This document shows positions 20,566 through 27,726 of a DNA stretch of 64,000 nt, in pieces. This DNA comes from an uncultured Nitrospiraceae bacterium (GTDB lineage Bacteria; Nitrospirota; Thermodesulfovibrionia; Thermodesulfovibrionales; UBA6898). The stretch covers positions 128,001 through 192,000 of the forward strand of contig CAWEQH010000001.1 of the NCBI GenBank assembly GCA_963811165.1, read 5' to 3'. Under the pieces are notes generated by a model. It did not search any database, was not told the DNA's origin, and saw only the letters and a list, made by a program, of their open reading frames with translations. Position 1 is the stretch's first letter. Each line of letters opens with the position of its first letter. Made by a program: the position numbers and the translations under genes.

Positions 20566-21729
20566 TCATTGCTTTTTAGGAAAAAGTCCCTTCAGGCCCT
20601 CTGCCACTGTCTCAAGAGGTACCGCCGCGACACGCTCTCCCAATGAATACCGCTTCGTTCCCGGATATACAACGGCGATCTGTTCGAGCTTCACGTCTTG
20701 CAGCGCAGTCCGCATAGAAGGGGTCAGCCTCGGCGCATCCATGCGTTTGCACTCCACGCCCAGCATGCGGCCGCTTTTTACCAACACCAGATCGATCTCA
20801 GCCCCGCTGTGGGTCGCCCAGTAATACGCTTCATCAGGCTCCGTGGCCTTGATCGTTTCTTCAACAACGTATCCTTCCCACGAAGATCCGCACTTGGGAT
20901 GGCCAAGCAGTTCCTTCTCCGTCCTAATGCCCAGCAGATGATGCAGAAGACCTGTATCACGGAAATAGATCTTCGGGGCTTTGACCTGCCGCTTCTTCAA
21001 ATTGGCATGCCAGGGCGATAGCTGGCGGACCATGAAGACGCCCGACAGAATATCGAGATAGCGCCGCACCGTGGGTTCGCTGACGCCGAGCGAGCGCGCG
21101 GGTTCCGCCGCGTTCCAAATCTGGCCGTGGTAATGCGCCAGCATGGTCCAGAAGCGCAGCAATGCCGTAGCGGGTGTTCCGATGCCCCACTGCGGCAGGT
21201 CACGTTCCAAAAAGGTCTGGATGAAATTCTTCCGCCATGCCAGGCTGTCGGACTCGGTACGGGCAAGATAGGAAGGCGGAAAGCCGCCGCGCAACCAATG
21301 GCGTGCCACCTCGGCTTGGCCGACCTCGGCCATGCTGAAGCCGCTCATTGCGATCGTCTCGATGCGTCCGGCCAGGGATTCAGAGGTTTGCCTCAGGAGT
21401 TCCGGCGAGGCGCTGCCGAGGATGAGAAAGCGGGCGGACAGCGGCGTCCGGTCCAACAACACCCGGAGCACAGGGAACAAATCCGGTCTCCGCTGCACCT
21501 CGTCAATGACCACCAGTCCCTTCAGGCCGCGTAAAGCGGTCATGGGCTCGTCCAGCCGTGCAAAACTTGACGGGTCTTCGAGGTCGAGATAGTTGGGAGA
21601 ATCGACCGAAAGGAGTTGCCGGGCCAAGGTGGTCTTGCCGCACTGTCTCGGCCCTATGAGCGCTACCGCCCGGCTCCGCTTCAGGGCGGACCGTACCTGT
21701 CTCAGCAGTTCCTTTCGTTTAATCATCAC
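20566..21729 (-). CDS. AAA_14 + DUF4143 ATPase
   Basis: GPRQCGKTT, IDEVQ, LGSAS, RGGFP, PKIYFRDTG, EIDLV..GVECK; visibly GC-richer than its flanks. Confidence 0.9.
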   Translation of the reverse strand: MMIKRKELLRQVRSALKRSRAVALIGPRQCGKTTLARQLLSVDSPNYLDLEDPSSFARLDEPMTALRGLKGLVVIDEVQRRPDLFPVLRVLLDRTPLSARFLILGSASPELLRQTSESLAGRIETIAMSGFSMAEVGQAEVARHWLRGGFPPSYLARTESDSLAWRKNFIQTFLERDLPQWGIGTPATALLRFWTMLAHYHGQIWNAAEPARSLGVSEPTVRRYLDILSGVFMVRQLSPWHANLKKRQVKAPKIYFRDTGLLHHLLGIRTEKELLGHPKCGSSWEGYVVEETIKATEPDEAYYWATHSGAEIDLVLVKSGRMLGVECKRMDAPRLTPSMRTALQDVKLEQIAVVYPGTKRYSLGERVAAVPLETVAEGLKGLFPKKQ

Positions 21730-21737
21730 AGTTCAGT

Positions 21738-21780
21738 ATACCATGAAAATCGAATATCAGTATTTCGATTTTCATGGTAT
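21738..21780. repeat. Perfect 17-bp inverted repeat upstream of the ATPase (possible operator)
   Basis: ATACCATGAAAATCGAA-9 nt-TTCGATTTTCATGGTAT. Confidence 0.75.
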
Positions 21781-21800
21781 TGTTCGACATAGCCGCCGAG

Positions 21801-21966
21801 TGTTAACAGGCATGCTTAATTGACCCACTTAATAGCCTTATAGGCATTCAACCGAGACCCAGCCTCCAAGGACCCCGTGCCTCGACGTTATTAAATCAAT
21901 GAGCCGCTGAACACCCCAATCAAACTTGGACGCCGATGGTGGGTCAATTTTCAGTGCCGATGTACT
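21801..21966 (+). mobile_element. IS21-end-like MITE copy D
   Basis: Left TGTTAACAGGCATGCTTAATTGACCCAC; right GTGGGTCAATTTTCAGTGCCGATGTAC, an imperfect inverted repeat of the left end. Confidence 0.78.
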
Positions 21967-22052
21967 AAGGGGGGCTGCAGACCTATAAAAAAGGCTGCCT
22001 TTTTCCGCCCACACTCATATACAAACATACAAACCCTCCCAAGGTAAACATT

Positions 22053-22841
22053 TCAGTCATCCAAGCTTTCTTTCACCTCCAGAAAACTTAAGACCTGATC
22101 ATATCTTCCCAAGGGAATGGAAAGTTCCTTGAGCTTTCCACTGACCCTACGGTCTGTCCATGCTTCTGACTCTACCGTGTAAAAGTCTTTGGGAAGAGAT
22201 TTACCCTGGAAATATTCATAGGCCATTGATTCTGGGTGGACCTTTCCTCTAATGTTCAGATAAATGGGGCACCACTTACTGTCTATTACAAACCACTTAA
22301 TCCGATCCGAAGACGAGCATACGAGGGCATACTCAGGTCTCAGCGTCACAAAGCGTATTGCCGCGGCAGTCAAAGACACGGAGAAGGTTTCATAGAGGGA
22401 CTCAAGAAGCGCTGAACTCAACTCCTTGCCGGCAACTTTTTTCCTGAATATCTCCTCGGGCATGATGAGTTCTCCGGCAAAGTAATTAGCCTCAACTTCC
22501 AGATGCTGGTTGTCTGCATTCCACTTTAGAAAATCAGCCTCACTGCAAGAGATAAGGGGGACTTCCTGGCGGTGAAGTTCATAATGGCCCAGCTCATGCG
22601 CCATTACGAACCTCTTCCTTCCCTCCTCCGGGATATCCTCCCTCACAGTGATGAGACCCTGAGAATCAAGAGTTGCCAAACGGCCGTCTGCACCTTTCAT
22701 GGACTCTTGTTTGATTATTGCACCCAGCCGAAAGGCGATGGCCTCAAGGTCAATATCAGAGGGCTCCTCGACAGGGAGCTCTTTAACGATCTCTTTAGCC
22801 CGGCGAATAGCAGCGCCTTTATCGGGAGTTTTGGTCATCAC
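22053..22841 (-). CDS. ImmA/IrrE-family (CapP-like) Zn metallopeptidase
   Basis: RKRFVMAHELGHYELH (HExxH), EVEANYFAGELIMP, FSVSLTAAAIR, C-terminal GAF-like region. Confidence 0.9.
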   Translation of the reverse strand: MMTKTPDKGAAIRRAKEIVKELPVEEPSDIDLEAIAFRLGAIIKQESMKGADGRLATLDSQGLITVREDIPEEGRKRFVMAHELGHYELHRQEVPLISCSEADFLKWNADNQHLEVEANYFAGELIMPEEIFRKKVAGKELSSALLESLYETFSVSLTAAAIRFVTLRPEYALVCSSSDRIKWFVIDSKWCPIYLNIRGKVHPESMAYEYFQGKSLPKDFYTVESEAWTDRRVSGKLKELSIPLGRYDQVLSFLEVKESLDD

Positions 22842-23043
22842 CTTTTTTCTCTTTTAGATGTCGCAGCCTGAGATAATCCTCATACAATTTTCTGAGGTCC
22901 TCGTAAGGCATATCCTTGAAATTTCTGAAATATGCCCCTGCCAGTTGTTCACCACTGATAAGCTCCCTTATCTTCTCCTTCAAAGCGGCCGTGCCTTCCG
23001 GGATATCCGGAATGAATTCATTCAGTTTTTCAAGCGCCGCAAT
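22819..23043 (-). pseudogene. C-terminal half of a small 'FRN'-motif protein (putative peptidase substrate)
   Basis: 75-codon frame with no start codon: IAALEKLNEF...LAGAYFRNFKDMPYEDLRKLYEDYLRL...; overlaps the peptidase start. Confidence 0.55.
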
Positions 23044-23344
23044 CGTCCGGTTGTATCGTACTCATCATTATCGAAAAGATGGCTAACCTGGCTGTTGACG
23101 ACACCTTGAAAAAAGTAAAAAAGATTGTCCTTCTTCTCATAGTCCCAGGAAACTGTTTCGTCCCACAACTTCCCAATGGCGTCGATAACCTGGTCTTCAG
23201 CTATCTGTTCAATCTTCGAACCACCCAGAGGACTATTGTCATAGAAAAAGTGCCTTCTCAGCTTACTACGAGCATGTTTCAATAACTTTGGATTATATCA
23301 TTTCAGTTAGCCTGGTCCAGCAGCTCTCTTTTCTTCTTATCCAA
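23022..23344 (-). pseudogene. ECF-sigma-like regulator, N-terminal remnant
   Basis: AAAGGAGG SD + TTG; MDKKKRELLDQAN*NDII / LLKHAR...AEDQVIDAIGKLW...F.GVVNSQVSH resembles sigma region 2; internal TGA, frameshift and truncation. Confidence 0.5.
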
Positions 23345-23521
23345 CCATCGGACCTCCTTTGCCTGCGTCGTTGCTATATTATGCCGCCGACTTTTCATTT
23401 TTTGCCATTGGGGTTGTGTTTTCCGGAATGGCAAAATTTCAAGGGTCGGCGGCAATATATATTAAGGGCAGATAGCCCTGTCTCCAATTTGGAGAAAATC
23501 CTTTAAAAGGAGGTAGTTAGG

Positions 23522-23800
23522 ATGGAAGAGACAGTGAAGCAGGGTGAAGGACACGGAGGACAAGACAGTGAGCATGAACATGGGGCCTACGTCATGATCA
23601 CGGTGAATACTATACCCGTGAGTATCCATCGCGGGCATAGGACGGTTGCGGAGATCAAGACAGCAGCAAACGTTCCCCTTGCCGATGACCTGGAACAGGT
23701 CATCGACGGAAAGCTTACACCTTTAGCCGATGACGGGTCTGTCACTCTGAAGGGTGGCGAGCAGTTTATCAGTCACCCCAAAGACGGCTCGTCTTCTTAG
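23522..23800 (+). CDS. Ubiquitin-like (multi-ubiquitin-type beta-grasp) protein
   Basis: AAGGAGGT SD; VMITVN...RGHRTVAEIK..ANVP..DDLEQ....L..L.DD..VTLKGGEQFISH; first gene of the E2/JAB/E1 operon. Confidence 0.8.
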   Translation: MEETVKQGEGHGGQDSEHEHGAYVMITVNTIPVSIHRGHRTVAEIKTAANVPLADDLEQVIDGKLTPLADDGSVTLKGGEQFISHPKDGSSS

Positions 23801-23815
23801 GTCAGGAGGAATACC

Positions 23816-24154
23816 ATGGAATTTCCATCTGATCAGATTGAAGAGCTGAAAGCTCTTACCGACAGCGTAAGCGTAAGCGAGGAGGGAGGGTTTGCGTATT
23901 TACTGCTGCCCTCCCTGCAGCTTCCGCCCGGATGCAGTCCGGAAAAGGTTGACGCCCTCCTTTGTCCGATGCAGCGCGATGGGTATCCATCAAGGCTGTT
24001 TTTTGCGGAATCGATACAGTCGCGTGAACAGAGGAACTGGAATGCAAACGGGGTAAGGATCCTTGAGAGGAACTGGTATGCATTTTCCTGGACTGTACCA
24101 GCTGGACTAAGGCTCGCCCAACTGGTCGGGGCACACTTGAAGGGGTTGAGATGA
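23816..24154 (+). CDS. Prokaryotic E2-like (family E type) conjugating protein
   Basis: AGGAGG SD; L.LP.GC....DALLCP..RDGYPSRLFF...NW...ILERNWYAFSW; lies between Ubl and JAB genes. Confidence 0.72.
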   Translation: MEFPSDQIEELKALTDSVSVSEEGGFAYLLLPSLQLPPGCSPEKVDALLCPMQRDGYPSRLFFAESIQSREQRNWNANGVRILERNWYAFSWTVPAGLRLAQLVGAHLKGLR

Positions 24155-24819
24155 CTATTCATTTTAAGATTACGAAACCATTACTCGATCAAATCCGGGG
24201 GGACCTCTCTCGTCCGCACCCGTTTGCTTTTGAACGGGTCGGGTTCTTGTTTGTGAAGCAGGGTACGGCCGCCTTTCCATGTGATCCGGGTCATCCCCCC
24301 CTTTCCAGTGACGGAGTTGCTCCGTTTTTACGTAGGTGGTATTACCGGTTTTTGTCCTGGTTTGCCTTAACACGCCATGAGACTAATGAAACGTCATTAA
24401 GGGGAATAGGGAAGCAACTGGAAAACACCCTAATGGTACTGGCAGGATCGTACTTGCCCGTCTCTGACGAAGACTATATTGACGACCCCACCGTAGGGGC
24501 AAAAATAGGTTCGACTGCCATCCGAAGCGCCATGCAACACTCCCTGGATACAGGCATGGGAGTAATGCACGTGCACATGCACGAGGGCAAGGGACGCCCC
24601 GGGTTCTCATCGACGGACAGGAACAGCATGAACAAATTGATGCCGTCCTTTTTCAACGTGAGTCCAGACGTACCCCATGGGGCGCTGGTATTCAATCAGG
24701 ACTGTATTGCCGGCGTTGTCTGGAAGGACAAAAAGGCATCACTTATTATTTCGCGAGTGTCTGTTGTCGGATATCCGTGTGAATTTAGTGGAGGTATAAG
24801 CCATGTCAGAGCGTTATAG
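24151..24819 (+). CDS. JAB/JAMM metallo-isopeptidase
   Basis: ERVGFL glutamate and HVHMHEGKGRPGFSSTD (HxH...SxxD); ATGA overlap with E2 gene. Confidence 0.8.
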   Translation: MTIHFKITKPLLDQIRGDLSRPHPFAFERVGFLFVKQGTAAFPCDPGHPPLSSDGVAPFLRRWYYRFLSWFALTRHETNETSLRGIGKQLENTLMVLAGSYLPVSDEDYIDDPTVGAKIGSTAIRSAMQHSLDTGMGVMHVHMHEGKGRPGFSSTDRNSMNKLMPSFFNVSPDVPHGALVFNQDCIAGVVWKDKKASLIISRVSVVGYPCEFSGGISHVRAL

Positions 24820-25612
24820 TAGGCAGTCTTTTCTTGGCATCAATTCTGAGGACATTATAGCCAGTTGCGTCATGGGTGTTGTCGGCCTCGGTGGTGGCGG
24901 ATCCCCTGTTGTGCAGCAGTCGGCTCATGCAGGGATCAAGAATTATGTGCTATATGATTTTGATCATCTCGAAGGGTCCAATCTCAATAGAACCGTGACA
25001 GGGAACCTTGAGGATGCAAAGCAGAATAAGACTAAGCTGGAATTAGCCGAGAGACTAATCAGAGGGCTTCATCCCGATGCGAATATAGTCCCCATAGCTA
25101 CCAGGTGGCAAGACACCCCGTTGCCGTTAAGGGAATGTGACATTATAATAGGCTGCATTGATGGGTTTGATGCACGGCGGCAACTGGAAACAACCGCCAG
25201 GAGATATCTTATCCCCTACATTGATATTGGTCTCGATGTCAATTACGTGGAGCCTAAGCCGCCGAGGATGAGCGGCCAGGTGATACTGACCATGCCAGGA
25301 GGTCCATGCCTTACATGCTTGGGCTTCCTGAACGAGCGCAACCTGGCAAAAGAAGCTACGGATTATGGTGCTGCAGGAATCAGGCCCCAGGTTGTCTGGG
25401 CAAACGGGGTAATAGCTTCGACTGCAGTGGGACTAGCGATAGACCTTATGACGGGATGGACAGAGACATCCCCCAAGGTTGTATACCTTCAGTATGATGG
25501 CAACAACGGTACGATGATGCCACATACAAGACTAAAGTATCTCGACATTGATGCTGACTGCCCGCATTATCTCTCTGAGACTGTTGGAGATCCCGTGTTC
25601 AAGAAACTGTAA
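24803..25612 (+). CDS. ThiF/E1-family adenylyltransferase
   Basis: RYSRQ, GLGGGGS, DFDHLEGSNLNR, CIDGFDAR, PCLTC. Confidence 0.92.
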   Translation: MSERYSRQSFLGINSEDIIASCVMGVVGLGGGGSPVVQQSAHAGIKNYVLYDFDHLEGSNLNRTVTGNLEDAKQNKTKLELAERLIRGLHPDANIVPIATRWQDTPLPLRECDIIIGCIDGFDARRQLETTARRYLIPYIDIGLDVNYVEPKPPRMSGQVILTMPGGPCLTCLGFLNERNLAKEATDYGAAGIRPQVVWANGVIASTAVGLAIDLMTGWTETSPKVVYLQYDGNNGTMMPHTRLKYLDIDADCPHYLSETVGDPVFKKL

Positions 25613-25848
25613 GCATACCTCTAAACACCTTGTTACCGCAAGTTGGCACTGGCGCACCTCGGTCTGGCTGAAAATAGGGACTTTTCTTCGCCGTGCTACT
25701 TTGAACTGCAGCACAGCATATTGCAGATTAATGTTTAGTCAAACAGCTTTCTTTGTTGCGTGAAAAATCATAGGATCGAGTGAGTAGCGTATGGATGCCG
25801 ATGACCGCTCCCTATGGAATCTGCTAGAAAAAATAATTATCTGAAACA

Positions 25849-26427
25849 TTATAATCCCTCAGGTGTGGTCTGTCCATGAAATTGACTTGGATAGAAATAT
25901 ATTTCACCTTCAACTTTTTCAAAGACGAGTTGACATATATACATTTCGGGATAAAGAGATATGGGATTTTCTCCAAGATTCATCAGTTCAAGTGTGATTG
26001 TTCCATTAAAGCCAGCATGAATCGTAGGCGCTGTCAAATGTATTACCAGTCCACATCTTGCAAGCGAGCTTTTGCCTTCTATTCTTGCTGCATAATTTGG
26101 GCCTGTAGGATTTATAGGTAAATGAACATTTTCTAACGTATTAGATATTGCAAAGACACGCGGTTGCAAATTAAACCCGCCGATGCGGTCAATTTCTTTT
26201 GCCTCATATGCGTCTCTTAAAAAGGACGCAATGTTTTTCTTTCTTAAATCAAATGCAAACGGGTAATTCTTTTTGGGTATCGATATAGTATTTCCTAATC
26301 TTAAATCTAATGCAGTTGTGTTGAAGGGATTTTCTGAACTTTTCTCGACAGGCAAGACAGGTTTCGGATCTATAATAATATGACCTTCGTTAAGTGCTTT
26401 AAGTATTTCCGAATTACTAAGAACCAT
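25849..26427 (-). CDS. dcd: dCTP deaminase (trimeric dUTPase-like fold), accessory copy
   Basis: LSNSEI, LDLRLG, TLE.V.LP, EGKSSLARCGL, TAPTIHAGFNGTITLE, ICQLVF. Confidence 0.88.
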   Translation of the reverse strand: MVLSNSEILKALNEGHIIIDPKPVLPVEKSSENPFNTTALDLRLGNTISIPKKNYPFAFDLRKKNIASFLRDAYEAKEIDRIGGFNLQPRVFAISNTLENVHLPINPTGPNYAARIEGKSSLARCGLVIHLTAPTIHAGFNGTITLELMNLGENPISLYPEMYICQLVFEKVEGEIYFYPSQFHGQTTPEGL

Positions 26428-26434
26428 TTCTTCC

Positions 26435-26704
26435 TTATTTTTCTCTTACCTCACTCCTTGAAACCCATACTGTTCTGCCTATATTTTCTAAGGGATCAAA
26501 TGGTAGATAAACTAAACAAGAATCTTCTTTGCATTGAACAATGCTGACCTGAACAAGATTTTTCTTTGCATCTATTAGCTTCTTAGAAGCAAAAAAGGAA
26601 AATTCGCCCATATCGGTACTTTTACATAAGACAGCAAGCTCATTAGGAAACATTCCTTCCGATAAATTACATTGTAGCCAGCCCTCTTTCATTGAAACCT
26701 CCAT
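26435..26704 (-). CDS. Small hypothetical protein
   Basis: 89 aa, AT-rich, coupled to the upstream HTH gene (TAATG) and ending 7 nt before dcd; start may be ATG 26692 after GGAGG. Confidence 0.7.
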   Translation of the reverse strand: MEVSMKEGWLQCNLSEGMFPNELAVLCKSTDMGEFSFFASKKLIDAKKNLVQVSIVQCKEDSCLVYLPFDPLENIGRTVWVSRSEVREK

Positions 26705-26910
26705 TATTTAACTTTATTGCCGCCGACTTCTCGACTCCCAACCCATTCAATAACTCTACTCTTCAGGAACCTCACGGTTCCGCGCTTGCCCGGTGAAAGT
26801 TGCGAGTAAGGAATTGGATTTTCGTCATCGCTCATCATTTTTCGAAGATTGCTTTCTGATACCCCAAGTAATGCACAGCATTCTTGAGTGTTAAGAATTT
26901 CCTTCTCCAT
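26704..26910 (-). CDS. AlpA/excisionase-like HTH protein
   Basis: ILNTQECCALLGVSESNLRKM...IPY......VRFLKSRVIEW. Confidence 0.8.
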   Translation of the reverse strand: MEKEILNTQECCALLGVSESNLRKMMSDDENPIPYSQLSPGKRGTVRFLKSRVIEWVGSREVGGNKVK

Positions 26911-26957
26911 ATAGATACATTACGCAGGTAATTAATTCAAATAAGAAATTTTAATAA

Positions 26958-26986
26958 AGAATACCACCATTTTTTTATACTGTCAA
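26958..26986 (-). promoter_or_regulatory. Promoter of the HTH-orf-dcd operon
   Basis: Minus-strand TTGACA-17 bp-TATTCT. Confidence 0.55.
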
Positions 26987-27184
26987 TATAAAAAATGTTA
27001 TTTGTGGTTATTTGCTGTTATTGACAACAATATGGCCGTATTATACGCCGTGCAAGACTTTAGGAAGAAATCTGCGGCAAGTCCGAAGGGTATCAAACGG
27101 CAATACGGAGAAGCTTGAGAAACAGAATCGTCAGATTAAATGTGAGGCGCAGATGGAGTTTATCAACCACCACCGCTACTACAA

Positions 27185-27373
27185 CTAAACATCTATATTC
27201 CTCGCTTCAAGCGCATGCTTGACTATAAAATCTTTTCTCGGCTCTACCTGGTCTCCCATAAGGATCGTGAATATCTCGTCCGCCTGGACGCTGTCCTCAA
27301 TTCTCACCTGGAGGAGCGTCCTCTTCTCCGAGTCCATCATCGTCTCCCAAAGTTGCTGAGGGTTCATTTTCCC
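27185..27373 (-). pseudogene. gyrB: Diverged duplicate of the gyrB 3' end (about 62 codons)
   Basis: MNPQQLWET...[10 protein letters not shown] differs from the 29692 copy at 4 of 60 aa, with many synonymous changes. Confidence 0.88.
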
Positions 27374-27726
27374 GTTTACCAAGCTTCATTGGCTTTATTG
27401 TCCATTCACACTCAATAGGATAAAGATCAACAAACTCGCGGTCTTTCAGGGAAAGCATACCAGAAAAATATTTCATGAGGACGAATGGTGGTTTTCCATT
27501 ATTGACGTCATCGAGGTTTTGGTTGGGGGTGACAGGCCGAGAAAATACTGGAACGACCTTAAAAAGAAGCTTTTTCAGGAGGGATATGATCAGTTGTCCG
27601 AAAAAATCGGACAACTGAAATTGCAGTCATCCGACGGGAAGTTTTACGCCTCTGACTGTGCAAACACTGAAACCATGTTCCGCATTATCCAGTCAATTCC
27701 ATCGCCAAAGGTGGAGCCGCTTAAAC

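Noticed and set aside
11822..21966. Repeats as CRISPR or integron attC sites
   Set aside because: About 165 bp, irregularly spaced, no spacer periodicity, no cas or intI gene, and TG...CA ends rather than RYYYAAC...GTTRRRY
23303..23305. In-frame TGA as selenocysteine (selAB present)
   Set aside because: Context suggests Trp (TGG to TGA), a frameshift follows within a few codons, and no SECIS-like hairpin is evident
24803..25612. E1 as housekeeping ThiF/MoeB
   Set aside because: No thiS, moaD or thiG context; coupled to E2- and JAB-like genes inside an island
23522..25612. CBASS or Pycsar type II ancillary genes
   Set aside because: No nucleotide cyclase or effector nearby; a free Ubl is present instead
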